From Felis catus (taxonomy: Eukaryota): a DNA stretch of 64,000 bases. The notes beneath the pieces were generated by a model. It searched no databases and had not been told where the DNA came from. It was given only the letters and a program-made list of their open reading frames with translations. A program made the translations under genes and the position numbers. Where the stretch lies: the NCBI RefSeq assembly GCF_018350175.1, contig NC_058368.1, positions 209,934,001-209,998,000 of the forward strand. Direction: 5' to 3'. Position 1 is the stretch's first letter, and every line of letters begins with the position of its first letter. Below, in pieces: positions 25,845 to 37,510 of this stretch.

Positions 25845-27689
25845 TGCATTCTCTAAGTCTTACTGTTTTGTTTTTGTTTTCATTCACCTCAAGATATTTT
25901 CTAATTTCTTTTGTGATTTCTTCTTTGACTTTTGGTTGTTGAGAATACATTGCTTAAATTCCATATATTTAAATTGTTTTTAGTTTCCCTCCCATTATTT
26001 ATTTCTAGCTTCATTCCATTGTGGTAAGAGAGATAATAGTTTGTATAATTTCAATCTTTTAAAAATGTATTGAGTCTTATTTTGTGGCTTAATAGTGTTC
26101 TATCCTGGAGAATGTTCCATGAGCACCTAAAAAGAATGGGTGATCTTCTGTTTTTGTTTGTTAGGTCTAGTTGGCTTACACTGTTAAGTTTTTTATTTCT
26201 TTGGTGACATTTGGTCTAGATGTATTATACATATTTGAAAGTGGTGTATTGAAGTTTCCAACTATTATTGTAGAACTGTCTATTTCTTCCTTTAATTCTG
26301 TTGATGTTTGCTTCATGTATTTTGGGCTTCTGTTGTTTGGTGCATCTGTTTATAATTATTATATGTTTTTGCTGGATTGACTCTTTTATCAGTATATATG
26401 TCTTTCCTTGTTTCTTATAGCAATTTTGACTTGCCTGTTTTGTCTGATATTGGAATAGCCACCCCAGATCTTTTTTGGGTACTGTTTACACAGCATATTT
26501 GTTTCCATCTTTTTCTTTCAATCTCTTTGTATCTTTGGATCTAAAACGACTCTCGTATAGGCAGCATATAGCTGTCTCATGTTATTTTTTCCAATCTATG
26601 CCTTATGATTACAGGGTTTAACTTAGTTATATTTAATGTGATTACTGATAAGGAAGAATCTACTTCTGCCATTTTGCTACTTGTTTTCTATATCTTAACA
26701 CCTTTTTTTGTCCTCCATTTCCTCCATTACTATCTATTTTCTGTTTAGTTTGTGTTTTGTAGTGAACTGCTTTGATTTTTTTCTCATTTCTTTTTGTGTA
26801 TCTTTTTTAGATATTTTCTTTATGATTCCATTTCTTTATGATTACCATTTAGTATCCTAAATTTGTAACAGTCTATTTCAGTTGATACGACCTTAACTTC
26901 AATACCATGTAGAAATTTTACTCCTATACAACTCCACCCTTCCCTCCTTTATGTTGTTGTCCGATATTTTCCTGAGAGATAATTTTCAGAAAAAGAAGAG
27001 ACAATAGGAGACACTTCACTACCAGTAAGTGGCAAAATAGCCTGTCTTAGAATCCTGTTTCTGTACTTATCCGTGCACTGACCCCATGACCCAAGAAATT
27101 AAAAGATTAGTAGAGGAATAGTTATAGTATTAGAGTTGTCATCAACAGTGGTCCAGATTCTGGTACAAGAATGGAGGGTTGGAAGGCCCTGACCCCTAGG
27201 ATGAGACAAACACTGAGGTATCAGATTGAATCACATATGCTGGGAGGAAGTTCAGTCTGGAGGGTACAGTGTGACTTCTAGGGCATGGTGAATCCAGATG
27301 GTGGGTTGATGGGACCAGTATAGTCTGGGTTTCAGAGTGCCCTTCTCAGCTTCCTTCCCACACTTGGGTAAAGTCATAGTGTTCCTATAAAATCCTTCCT
27401 CCTATACATTGATATATCCAGGACTCTTTCCACACTTGTCTCAGATTTGTCTTCTCGAATTTGTCTTCTTGGGATTGTTGCAGCAAGTTTGCTGACCCTT
27501 TATCTTTCTTTTGGGTTCCTATGCATGTGATGTTTTTTCACCAACTATTCCAAACCTAGGACGTTATTTCAGATTTTAGTTGAATCATCCCTAACACCAT
27601 GAAGGTAAACTCTGCCCACTTTTATGAGTCAAACTGTGGACTATGAGTCCAGCAGGACAGAGTGGACAAACAGCAGCGGAAATGACTTT

Positions 27690-28050
27690 GGATAACAGAT
27701 CAGAATGAGATTCCCAGCTCTACCATTTAATAGTTAGGCTTGCAACTACAAAAAGGGAATGATGATAAAAAATGGCTAGCTATGTCAGGCACTATGGCAA
27801 GCACTTTAAACATCTCATTTAATCTTCATAAAAATTATGAGGTAAGTGCTTTATTATATTTATTTTGTTGATGAGGAAATTGAAGCTTAGGGAAGTTAAG
27901 TGCCTTGCTGAAGTTTACACAACTTGTGAGTCAAGGAGTTTGGATTCTGATCTAGTTCTGATGCTAAAACCTAAGTCATACAGTGGTTACAAATATTATG
28001 TAAGAAAGTATATGTGAAGTGCTTATTTGCTTGCTATTATCACTGTATTA
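27690..28050. mobile_element. MIR relics (nested, opposite orientations)
   Basis: attttgttgatgaggaaattgaagcttagggaagttaagtgccttg core; cccagctctaccattt. Confidence 0.7.
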
Positions 28051-28079
28051 TTATTGAAGACAAATCTCATATCTCTTTC

Positions 28080-29200
28080 TCTCATTTGTTCATTCATTCT
28101 GTACTCATGGAGTCCCTCTTATATGCTGAGCTAAGCTCTCTGACACGGCAGCCACGAACCAGAAAAGACCCCTGCTCACCTCTTAAGAGGAGGGGGGCAA
28201 AAAATTGGATTAAATTATTTCAGAAAGTGATCAGTGATCTAAAGAGAATCAAGAGTGACTAGAATGGTGGTGAAGATTGTTGGCTTCATTACATCAGGTG
28301 ATTTAGAGCCTGAGGACATGTCATAAGCAGAATAAGGATTCTCCAATATGTCCCTGTCCTAATACGCAGAACCTGTGAATATATTATGTTAAATGGCAAA
28401 GAGGGATTAAGACTATAGATGACATTAAGATAGGGAGACTAGATTGTCAGGGGGCTGTGGGGAGGTGGGGGTAGGGACCCCGTGTAATCATAAAGGTTCT
28501 TAAAAGGGAAAGAGGAAGGCAGAAGAGGTCAGAGTGGTACCATACAAAAAGGAGTTGGCTCACCATTGCTGTCTTTGAAGACAGAGGAAGGAGTCTCCAG
28601 AAGCATACAGCCCTGCTAGCACCTGATTTTAGCTCAGTGAGATCCATTTTGGACTTCTGTCCTCCAGAACTCTAATACCTTAATACTTGAACTGTGTTTG
28701 TATTGTTTAAACCACTACGTTTGTGGTTGTTTGTTATAGCAGCAATGGAAAACTAAAATAGGAGATGTCATTGAAGTTGACACCTGGGGGACAAGAAACT
28801 ATCAGCTGTGGGTCATAGCATTGCAGATAGATGGAACAGCATGAGAAAGGGGAATAGAAAAGAGACCAAGGAGTGGAACCAGAAAAGGAAGAGAGGGAAT
28901 GGTAAAAATGGGTTTGGAGAAATAAGTAAGGGCCAGTCATATAGGACCTTGTTGGCTGTCATAATAGATTTGGATCTCATTTTAAGAGCAATTGAAAAAC
29001 TTTGGAGGGTTTTAACTAAATGAGTGACATACCAAATTTATGTTTTAAAAATAATTGTCTGTATGTAAAACAAAACTGGTGGGCAGAGGACCAGGGAGAG
29101 GAATTCCTGCAGTTTGAACTAGGCAGTAGCAATGGAAATGTGGGATTGCAGGTATACATGGGATATAGAGACAGGATTTGCTATAGGGGGATGAAGAAAA
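28080..29200 (-). mobile_element. L2 relic interrupted by an MLT1 LTR
   Basis: catttgttcattcattc 3' end; purine-rich L2 body (ggatctcattttaagagcaattgaaaaactttggaggg). Confidence 0.65.
28319..28760 (+). mobile_element. MaLR LTR (MLT1D-like)
   Basis: gcagaataa...gtcctaat...aacctgtgaatat start; ttgttatagcagcaatggaaaactaa end. Confidence 0.85.
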
Positions 29201-29214
29201 TAGAAATTGAAACT

Positions 29215-29380
29215 AGGGGTAGACTTCTCATGAAGTTAATGAAGGCTAAGTGTCAGGTATCTTCACCTGCACGGGTCCTATACCTAATTTTTAATTCATT
29301 ATTTTGTATTATTTTTCATAAAGACAACTCCTGTGATTGCATCTGCTTCAAGTCCCCACAAAAACAAGAGTCTGCTTATG
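29215..29380 (+). mobile_element. MER53-like MITE
   Basis: aggggtagacttctcatgaagttaatgaag...tacctaattttt...gcttcaagtccccacaaaa matches the MER53 layout (from memory). Confidence 0.7.
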
Positions 29381-30977
29381 GGCTTAGGTGGGACAATGCA
29401 ATTTGCTAAGCTAAATCTCTTTAAAATCTTTCTGTCTAAGGCCGGAAGTGGTCCAACCCAGAGCAGGATGGGTATGCAGGTGGAGGCTATCAGACCTCAG
29501 TTGGAGGGAGAAGAGAGCCTAGAGTTTGGGGACCAAGTTGGGCTTAGCACCTTTGGGGGCGTGGGTGTGCCACTGGAGACCACAGCCAGACTGGGAGACA
29601 AGCCTCTTCTCTCATGCAAAGATATGGGTTGGGAGCTAAATGTAGGAGCCTGTCTTTGTGGGAATCAAACTTGTCATTCATAGGGAAAGTTTATTTAACA
29701 GAGCTCTACCAAGAGGGAGCAATCAACAGTGACTGAGATACATTTCAATTGGTTGTTAAAAGTCACCCAGAAAGTGATGCGCACGAGGATTTTCCAGTGT
29801 CTATGTTATCTTCTCGTGATGCTTTCTCTGCCTTTTCGTCTTTGCCCCTTTCCTGTTGGCTCTGCATTCCTTTATCCTTGGCTATCTCTTATACCAACCA
29901 TTTATGGCCAGGTCTGTCCTGTCTTACACCTGGTTTACTCCATCTCGTTAACTATCTCATGATCTGCCCCCCTTGCCCTGCACTAGCTGCCTGGTTCTTG
30001 AGAGTTGAGGTCATGTTAGCCTGCAGGAGACTGTCTTCTTTTTTCAGCAAATACTTGGGTCCCCTGTCCATGGGGGGCAGCACCTTCATTGGCCACATGT
30101 AAGGTCATAGTCCTATCCACTTCACTGATCCAGCCCAGCTCAGGTACCTTCTGTCTGCAAGAGCTAAGAGCAAGAGCTTAGTTTCCACATTGCTATCTCT
30201 TAGTCCTCTGCCATTCCCCTGGTATTGGACTTTGGCTCGCACTTCTCAGGGCAGTTCTGGCATCCTTTTTCTTCTTTCTCTTACCCCTCTGGGACTTGGT
30301 GCTGGTAAAGCCTGTGACAGAACTCTTGGTTGATGGATTCAATTCCTGAAGTAGGCTGTGTTATTTTGGGTTCCCCCTAAGGCAGAGCCTGACACAGCAC
30401 TTTCTGCATCCTTGAGTATACCTCTTGCTTAGGGAGCAGGATGGAGGGAGGTGGGGATAGTGAGACAGGGAAGGAGGAAAAACCAATAAAAATGTATATC
30501 ATCACAGTTGCTTCTGTGGATGGCAGTGCTTGATTCTGCTGGGGAGCAGCTCCGCTGAGGAGCATAGAGAATGCTTGTCAGACTGTCTGCCCGAAGATGG
30601 AGAGTCTAGAACATTCACCCAGCCCACTGTACCTTGTGCCAAATTGGTAAAGTTTGCCCTTGGGGGCATCAAATTCCTGCTCTCACAGACTGCACTGGCT
30701 TGTCCTATGAAGCTCTGGGCAGAATGCAGAGGGACTGAAATCTAGAAAGGCTATGCAGTAGGCATGAGGTGGGGCACCACCAGTTCAAGGTAAGTCTGAG
30801 TCTTCCAGAACTGTCCTCTGCAGCTATAGGTGAAATCAGAGGTGGACCAAGGGTATGATTCTTGTACCAAAGCCATCTGTTACACATGCCTCCTTCCTTC
30901 CCCTGCTGTCTCTGGTTCCAGGCTCTCTCCTTGCTTCACATCATAGTATAATCTATCCAAAATGATAGCCCTCATCA

Positions 30978-31204
30978 TCAAGCATGTATGTCGGTGGGAA
31001 TGTAAATTGAAATAGCCACTATGGAAAACGGTATGGAGGTTCCTAAAAAAAATACCTTAAAAATAGAACTACCATGTGATCCAGCAGTCCCACTTCTGGG
31101 TACATATCCAAAGGAAACAAAATTACTATCCTGAAGGGGTAGCTGCACCCCCATGTTTATTGCAGCATTGTTTACAATAGCCAAGGCATGGAAACAACCT
31201 AAGT
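30978..31204 (+). mobile_element. L1MA9-like element, left part (ORF2 C-terminus)
   Basis: [17 protein letters not shown]; ends abruptly at caacctaagtg. Confidence 0.85.
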
Positions 31205-31284
31205 GGTTTCTTTTTGTTTTTGAAACAAATGATATACAAACTTTTATTCAAAGATATTCAAGAAAGACATGTTTTGGTCATTTT

Positions 31285-31512
31285 ATTTTTATTTTTAATT
31301 TTTTAAAAATATTATTTATTTTTGAGAGAGAGAGGGAGACAGAGTGTGAGCCGGGGAGGAGCAGAGAAAGAGGGAGACACAGAATCAGGAGCAGGCTCCA
31401 GGCTCTGGGCTGTCAGCACAGAGCCTGTCACAGGGGCTCAAACTCACGAGCTGTGAGATTACAACCTTAGCTGAAGTTGGATGCTTAACCAACTGAGCCA
31501 CCCAGGCATCTC
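31285..31512 (-). mobile_element. CAN-SINE
   Basis: Antisense SINE; TSD TGTT(T/C)TGGT(C/T)ATTTTA. Confidence 0.92.
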
Positions 31513-31705
31513 TGTTCTGGTTATTTTAAAGTGAGATTAGTGAGGGAGGGAAGATGGCGGCGTTAGGAGGACGCTGGGCTCACCGCGTGTCCTGCTGATC
31601 ACTTCGATTCCACCTACACCTGCCTAAATAACCCAGAAAACCACCAGAAGACTAGCAGAATGGAATCTCCGGAGCCAAGCGCAGACAAGAGGCCCACAGA
31701 AGAGG

Positions 31706-31890
31706 GCCAGAAAGGATTGGCACGAGATCTTCAATGTGCTGAACAGAAAAAATATGCAGCCGAGAATCCTTTATCCAGCAAGTCTGTCATTTAGAATAGA
31801 AGGAGAGATAAAGGTCTTCCCAAACAAAAACTGAAGGAATTTGTCACCACTAAACCAGCCCTACAAGAGATCCTAAGGGGGATCCTGTGA
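31706..31890 (+). pseudogene. L1 ORF1 C-terminal remnant
   Basis: ARKDWHEIFNVLNRKNMQPRILYPASLSFRIEGEIKVFPN...LKEFVTTKPALQEILRGIL*, with one frameshift. Confidence 0.9.
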
Positions 31891-31940
31891 GACAAAGTAC
31901 CAGAGACATCTCTACAAGCATAAATCATACGGACATCACA

Positions 31941-34900
31941 ATGACTCTAAACCCATATCTTTCTATAATAACACTGAATGTAAATGGATTAAATGCGCCA
32001 ACCAAAAGACATAGGGTATCAGAATGGATAAAAAAACAAGACCCATCTATTTGCTGTCTACAAGAGACTCATTTTAGATCTGAGGACACCTTCAGATTGA
32101 GAGTGAGGGGATGGAGAACTATTTATCATATTACTGGAAGCCAAAAGAAAGCTGGAGTAGCCATACTTATATCAGACAAACTAGACTTTAAATTAAAGGC
32201 TGTAACAAGAGATGAAGAAGGGCATTATATAATAATTACAGGGTCTATCCATCAGGAAGAGCTAACAATTATAAATGTCTATGCGCCGAATACCGGAGCC
32301 CCCAAATATATAAAACAACTCCTCATAAACATAAGGAACATTATTGATAAGAATGTGGTAATTGCAGGGGACTTTAACACCCCACTTACAGAAATGGATA
32401 GATCATCTAGACACACGGTCAATAAAGAAACAAGGGCCCTGAATGATACATTGGATCAGATGGACTTGACAGATATATTTAGAACTCTGCATCCCAAAGC
32501 AACAGAATATACTTTCTTCTGAGTGCACATGGAACATTCTCCAAGATAGATCATATACTGGGTCACAAAACAGCCCTTCATAAGTATACAAGCATTGAAA
32601 TTATACCATGCATACTTTCAGACCACAATGCTATGAAGCTTGAAATCAACCACAGGAAAAAGTCTGGAAAACCTCCAAAAGCATGGAGGTTAAAGAACAC
32701 CCTACTAACGAATGAGTGGGTCAACCAGGCAATTAGAGAAGAAATTAAAAAATATATGGAAACAAACGAAAATGAAAATACAACAATCCAAAAACGCTTT
32801 GGGATGCAGCAAAGGCAGTCCTGAGAGGAAAATACATCGCAATCCAGGCCTATCTCAAGAAACAAGAAAAATCCCAAATACAAAATCTAACAGCACACCT
32901 AAAGGAACTAGAAGCAGAACAGCAAAGGCAGCCTAAACCCAGCAGAAGAAGAGAAATAATAAAGATCAGAGCAGAAATAAACAATATAGAATCTAAAAAA
33001 ACTGCAGAGTAGATCAACAAACCAAGAGTTGGTTTTTTGAAAAAATAAACAAAATTGACAAACCTCTAGCCAGGCTTCTCAAAAAGAAAATGGAGAGGAC
33101 CCAAATAGATAAAATCATGAATGAAAATGGAATTATTACAACCAATCCCTCAGAGATACAAACAATTATCAGGGAATACTATGAAAAATTATATGCCAAC
33201 AAATTGGACAACCTGGAAGAAATGGACAAATTCCTCAACACCCACACTCTTCCAAAACTCAATCAGGAGGAAATAGAAAGCTTGAACAGACCCATAACCA
33301 GCGAAGAAATTGAATCGGTTATCAAAAATCTCCCAACAAATAAGAGTCCGGGACCAGATGGCTTCCCAGGGGAGTTCTACCAGACGTTTAAAGCAGAGAT
33401 AATACCTATCCTTGTCAAGCTATTCCAAGAAATAGAAAGGGAAAGAAAACTTCCAGACTCATTCTATGAAGCCAGTATTACTTTGATTCCTAAACCAGAC
33501 AGAGACCCAGTAAAAAAAGAGAACTACAGGCCAATATCCCTGATGAATATGGATGCAAAAATTCTCAATAAGATACTAGCAAATCGAATTCAACAGCATA
33601 TTAAAAGAATTATTCATCATGATTAAGTGGGATTCATTCCTGGGATGCAGGGCTGGTTCAACATTTGCAAATCAATCAACATGATACATCACATTAATAA
33701 AAGAAAAGATAAGAACCATATGATCCTGTCAATCGATGCAGAAGAGGCCTTTGACAAAATCCAGCACCTTTCTTAATAAAAACCCTTGAGAAAGTCGGGA
33801 TAGAAGGAACATACTTAAACATCATAAAAGCCATTTATGAAAAGCCCACAGCTAACATCATCCTCAATGGGGAAAAACTGAGAGCTTTTTCCCTGAGATC
33901 AGGAACACGACAGGAATGCCCACTCTCACTGCTGTTGTTTAACATAGTGTTGGAAGTTCTAGCATCGGCAATCAGACAACAAAAGGAAATCAAAGGCATC
34001 AAAATTGGCAAAGATGAAGTCAAGCTTTCACTTTTTGCAGATGACATGATATTATACATGGAAAATCCAATAGACTCCACCAAAAGTCTGCTAGAACTGG
34101 TACAGGAATTCAGCAAAGTTGCAGGATACAAAATCAATGTACAAAAATCAGTTGCATTCTTATACACTACCAATGAAGCAACAGAAAGACAAAGAAACTG
34201 ATCCCATTCACAATTGCACCAAGAAGCATAAAATACCTAGGAATAAATCTAACCAAAGATGTAAAAGATCTGTATGCTGAAAACTATAGAAAGCTTATGA
34301 AGGTAATTGAAGAAAATATAAAGAAATGGAAAGACATTCCCTGCTCAATGATTGGAAGAATAAATATTGTCAAAATGTCAATACTACCCAAAGCTATCTA
34401 CACATTCAATGCAATCCCAATCAAAATTGCACCAGCATTCTTCTCGAAACTAGAACAAGCAATTCTAAAATTCATATGGAACCACAAAAGCCAAAGCCCG
34501 AATAGCCAAAGTAATTTTGAAGAAGAAGACCAAAGCAGGAGGCATCACAATCCCAGACTTTAGCCTCTACTACAAAGCTGTCATCATCAAGACAGCATGG
34601 GATTGGCACAAAAACAGACACATAGACCAATGGAATAGAATAGAAACCCCAGAACTAGACCCACAAACATATGGCCAACTCATCTTTGACAAAGCAGGAA
34701 AGAACATCCAATGGAAAAAAGACAGCCTCTTTAACAAATGGTGCTGGGAGAACTGGACAGCAACATGCAGAAGGTTGAAACTAGACCACTTTCTCACACC
34801 ATTCACAAAAATAAACTCAAAATGGATAAAGGACCTGAATGTGAGACAGGAAACCATCAAAACCCTGGAGGAGAAAGCAGGAAAAGACCTCTCTGACCTC

Positions 34901-35279
34901 AGCCGTAGCAATCTCTTACTCGACACATCCCCAAAGGCAAGGGAATTAAAAGCAAAAGTGAATTACTGGGACCTTATGAAGATAAAAAGCTTCTGCACAG
35001 CAAAGGAAACAACCAACAAAACTAAAAGGCAACCAACGGAATGGGAAAAGATATTTGCAAATGACATATCAAACAAAGGGCTAGTATCCAAAATCTATAA
35101 AGAGCTCACCAAACTCCACACCCGAAAAGCAAATAACCCGGTGAAGAAAGGGCAGAAAACATGAATAGACACTTCTCTAAAGAAGACATCCTGATGGCCA
35201 ACAGGCACATGAAAAGATGCTTAGCATCGCTCCTTATCAGGGAAATACAAATCAAAACCACACTCAGGTATCACCTCAC
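31941..35279 (+). pseudogene. L1 ORF2 (APE endonuclease plus reverse transcriptase), disrupted
   Basis: MTLNPYLSIITLNVNGLN, LQETH and GDFNTPL (EN); [17 protein letters not shown] and LFADDM (RT); several frameshifts and stops; C-terminal Cys domain deleted. Confidence 0.95.
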
Positions 35280-36320
35280 TCTTATGTTTTCACTCTTATG
35301 TGGATCCTGAGGAACTTAACAGAAACCCATGGAGGAGGGGAAGGGAAAAAAAAAAAAGAGGTTAGAGTGGGAGAGAGCCAAAGCATGAGACTCTTAAAAA
35401 CTGAGAACAAACTGAGGGTTGATGGGGGGTGGGAGGGAGGGGAGGGTGGGTGATGGGTATTGAGGAGGGCACCTTTTGGGATGAGCACTGGGTGTTGTAT
35501 GGAAACCAATTTGGCAATAAATTTCATATATTGAAAAAAAAAATAAAGTGAGATTAATCGAAGGTCTCAGAAAAATTATATTTGATTAACGCACATGACC
35601 ACTCACAGAAAGTTCTCTCTTCTGTTAATAGCAGCTAAATCTATACACACAGAAAAAAATTAAGACCATGCAAATTCAGTTGAATTCCATGCATTCATTA
35701 TATTCATCAAAAACCTGTAGTAATGTCCACGCCAAAGTGTTACTTTAAGAAAAAAATTAAAAATACACACTAAAACATGACCAAGATTAAACTGAAGAAA
35801 ACAGTAAATAAGCATAATTTGTTTTATTTTTAAAAGTATAGCATCATACATATTCAAGTGTGTTATACCAGGTTCATTCCCCAGAAGTGGCATTTTAAAG
35901 TGTTAAGCATTGTTAAATATCAAAAAAATATGAGTCTACCTTTACAATGTAGTATAATTCATTGTGGCATAATTCAAAGTACTGTGCCAATAATAAATAG
36001 TATAATCAAGTTTCAAACTTCTTTTCAAATATATTTAAAGGAAAGCATATAGACACATTTATATGTACACAATTTATTATACTCAGGTAATTAAAGATAT
36101 TTTATAAGAATAAACAGTTTTACCCCTCAGCTTGTTTGTACACTTATATAGATTTTTAATACGCGTTCAAAGACTTTCAATTCCTGTGAATACAGATTTT
36201 CATGAGAAGGAATAAAGATAAAATTTAATTTTACAGGAACACACATTGTCTTCCTTCACAAAATAACCCATAGTCATTCAAGGTTGATAAGAACTAATCT
36301 TTAAGAAAGCAACTGTTGTT

Positions 36321-36500
36321 GGGGCCCCTGGGTGGCTCAGTCAGTTAAAGGTGGACTTTGGCTCAGGTCATGATCTTGCCATTTGTGAGTTTGAGCCCCA
36401 CAGTGGGCTCTGTGCCGACAATGCTGAGCCTGCTTGGGATTATCGCTCTCTGCCCCTCCCCTGCTTTCAATCTCTCTCTAAATATATAAAAGCTGAAAAA
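36321..36500 (+). mobile_element. CAN-SINE
   Basis: GGGGCCCCTGGGTGGCTCAGTCAG head. Confidence 0.88.
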
Positions 36501-36529
36501 AATAAGTACTGCCACCCAGGTTCCTTATT

Positions 36530-37065
36530 AAAATGAAGTGTTACACAGCCCTCCCCCACCAAAAGAAGGAAATTCTGCCATTTGTGATAACATGGATGGA
36601 CCCTGAGGGTGTTATGCTAAGTGAAATAAATTAGACAGAGAAAGACAAATACTGTATTTACTTGTATTATTCACTTATATGTGGAATCTAAAACAAAACA
36701 AAACCCCAAACTTCTAGATACAGAGAATAGATTGATGGCTGCCAGGGTGGGGAGTCAAGGGACAGGAGAGCTGGGTGAAGGTGGTCAAAAAGTACAAACT
36801 TCCAGTTGTGAGATTAATTAATTCTGGGGATGTAAGGTATAACATGCTGACTGTAGTTAATAATACTGTATTATTTATTTGAACATGGCTAAGAAAGTAT
36901 ATCTTAAAAGTTATCAAAAATTGTAACTGTGAGGTGATAGATTTTAACTACGCGTATTGTGATAATCATTTTCCTGTATACACATATATCAAATCACTAT
37001 GTTGCATACCTTAAGCTTAGATAATGTTATATGTCAGTTATATTTCAATAAAACTGGAAAAAAAT
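36530..37065 (+). mobile_element. L1MA9-like element, right part (end of ORF2 and 3' UTR)
   Basis: aaggaaattctgccatttgtgataacatggatgg...atgctaagtgaaata; ends caataaaactggaaaaaaa. Confidence 0.88.
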
Positions 37066-37510
37066 AGAAAAGAAGGGAAAGGTGAGCTGGTGCTCCACTG
37101 ACTTAGTTTACCTAGGTAGCAGCAGCAGAAGTGATGTAATTTGGATAATGTCCCTGATTACAAGGTCATAGGTGAAAAATGCCTCCCACAGTGATATCCT
37201 TAAAGAAAGACATTTATCTCCAGCTCAAACTCGCTAGCATTGATTCTGTGACGTGTAACGAAGAACATTGGCTGATAGAGCTCCATGATGCTGGATAAGT
37301 GACATTTTGCTGTATGACATTTGGTTTAATGTTATCGCAAGGAACTAAGCCCAGATAAACTGAAGCCATAAGAGTGAACTTTAAGATAATTTGTACAGGG
37401 CCAAGTACGGAGTTCTATAGGAAACATTCAAAATAGAAATTTTGTTTCTTTCTACTAAGAGTCTAAAAACTCAAAGGTGGCCTGATCACTGTACACAGAA
37501 AGGAGGTTTG

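Larger units (their letters stand above)
25060..26960 (-). mobile_element. Old L1 (ORF2 endonuclease and inter-ORF region), interrupted by a SINE pair
   Basis: tatcctggagaatgttccatgagcac and gaagtttccaactattattgt are antisense EN-domain motifs. Confidence 0.85.
31542..35544 (+). mobile_element. Feline L1 (L1_Fc-like), 4.0 kb, 5' end retained, internally deleted or spliced
   Basis: YY1-type AAGATGGCGG at 31551; ORF1 C-terminus 31706-31890; ORF2 from 31941; G-rich 3' UTR; AATAAA and poly(A); TSD TAAAGTGAGATTA (31527-31539 and 35544-35556). Confidence 0.95.
31205..36525 (-). pseudogene. Processed retrocopy of an unidentified mRNA 3' UTR (about 0.9 kb net, split by two SINEs and an L1)
   Basis: T-rich tail at 31206-31220; antisense AATAAA (TTTATT 31243-31248) about 20 nt from the tail; AT-rich non-repeat sequence continuous across the SINE and L1 TSDs; interrupts an L1 that resumes at ~36530. 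Confidence 0.7.

Noticed and set aside
29020..30890. Overlapping ORFs of 60-129 aa
   Set aside because: No recognisable domains or supported splice structure; partly over L2 and MER53 relics.
31659..31794. 5'-UTR ATG fused across the L1 junction as a truncated ORF1 protein
   Set aside because: It reads out of frame with the ORF1 remnant (MESPEPSADKRPTEEGQKG...) and stops after about 44 codons.
31887..35164. L1 ORF2 pieces as functional CDS
   Set aside because: Multiple frameshifts and stops, most of ORF1 missing and the C-terminal domain deleted; retrotransposition-incompetent.
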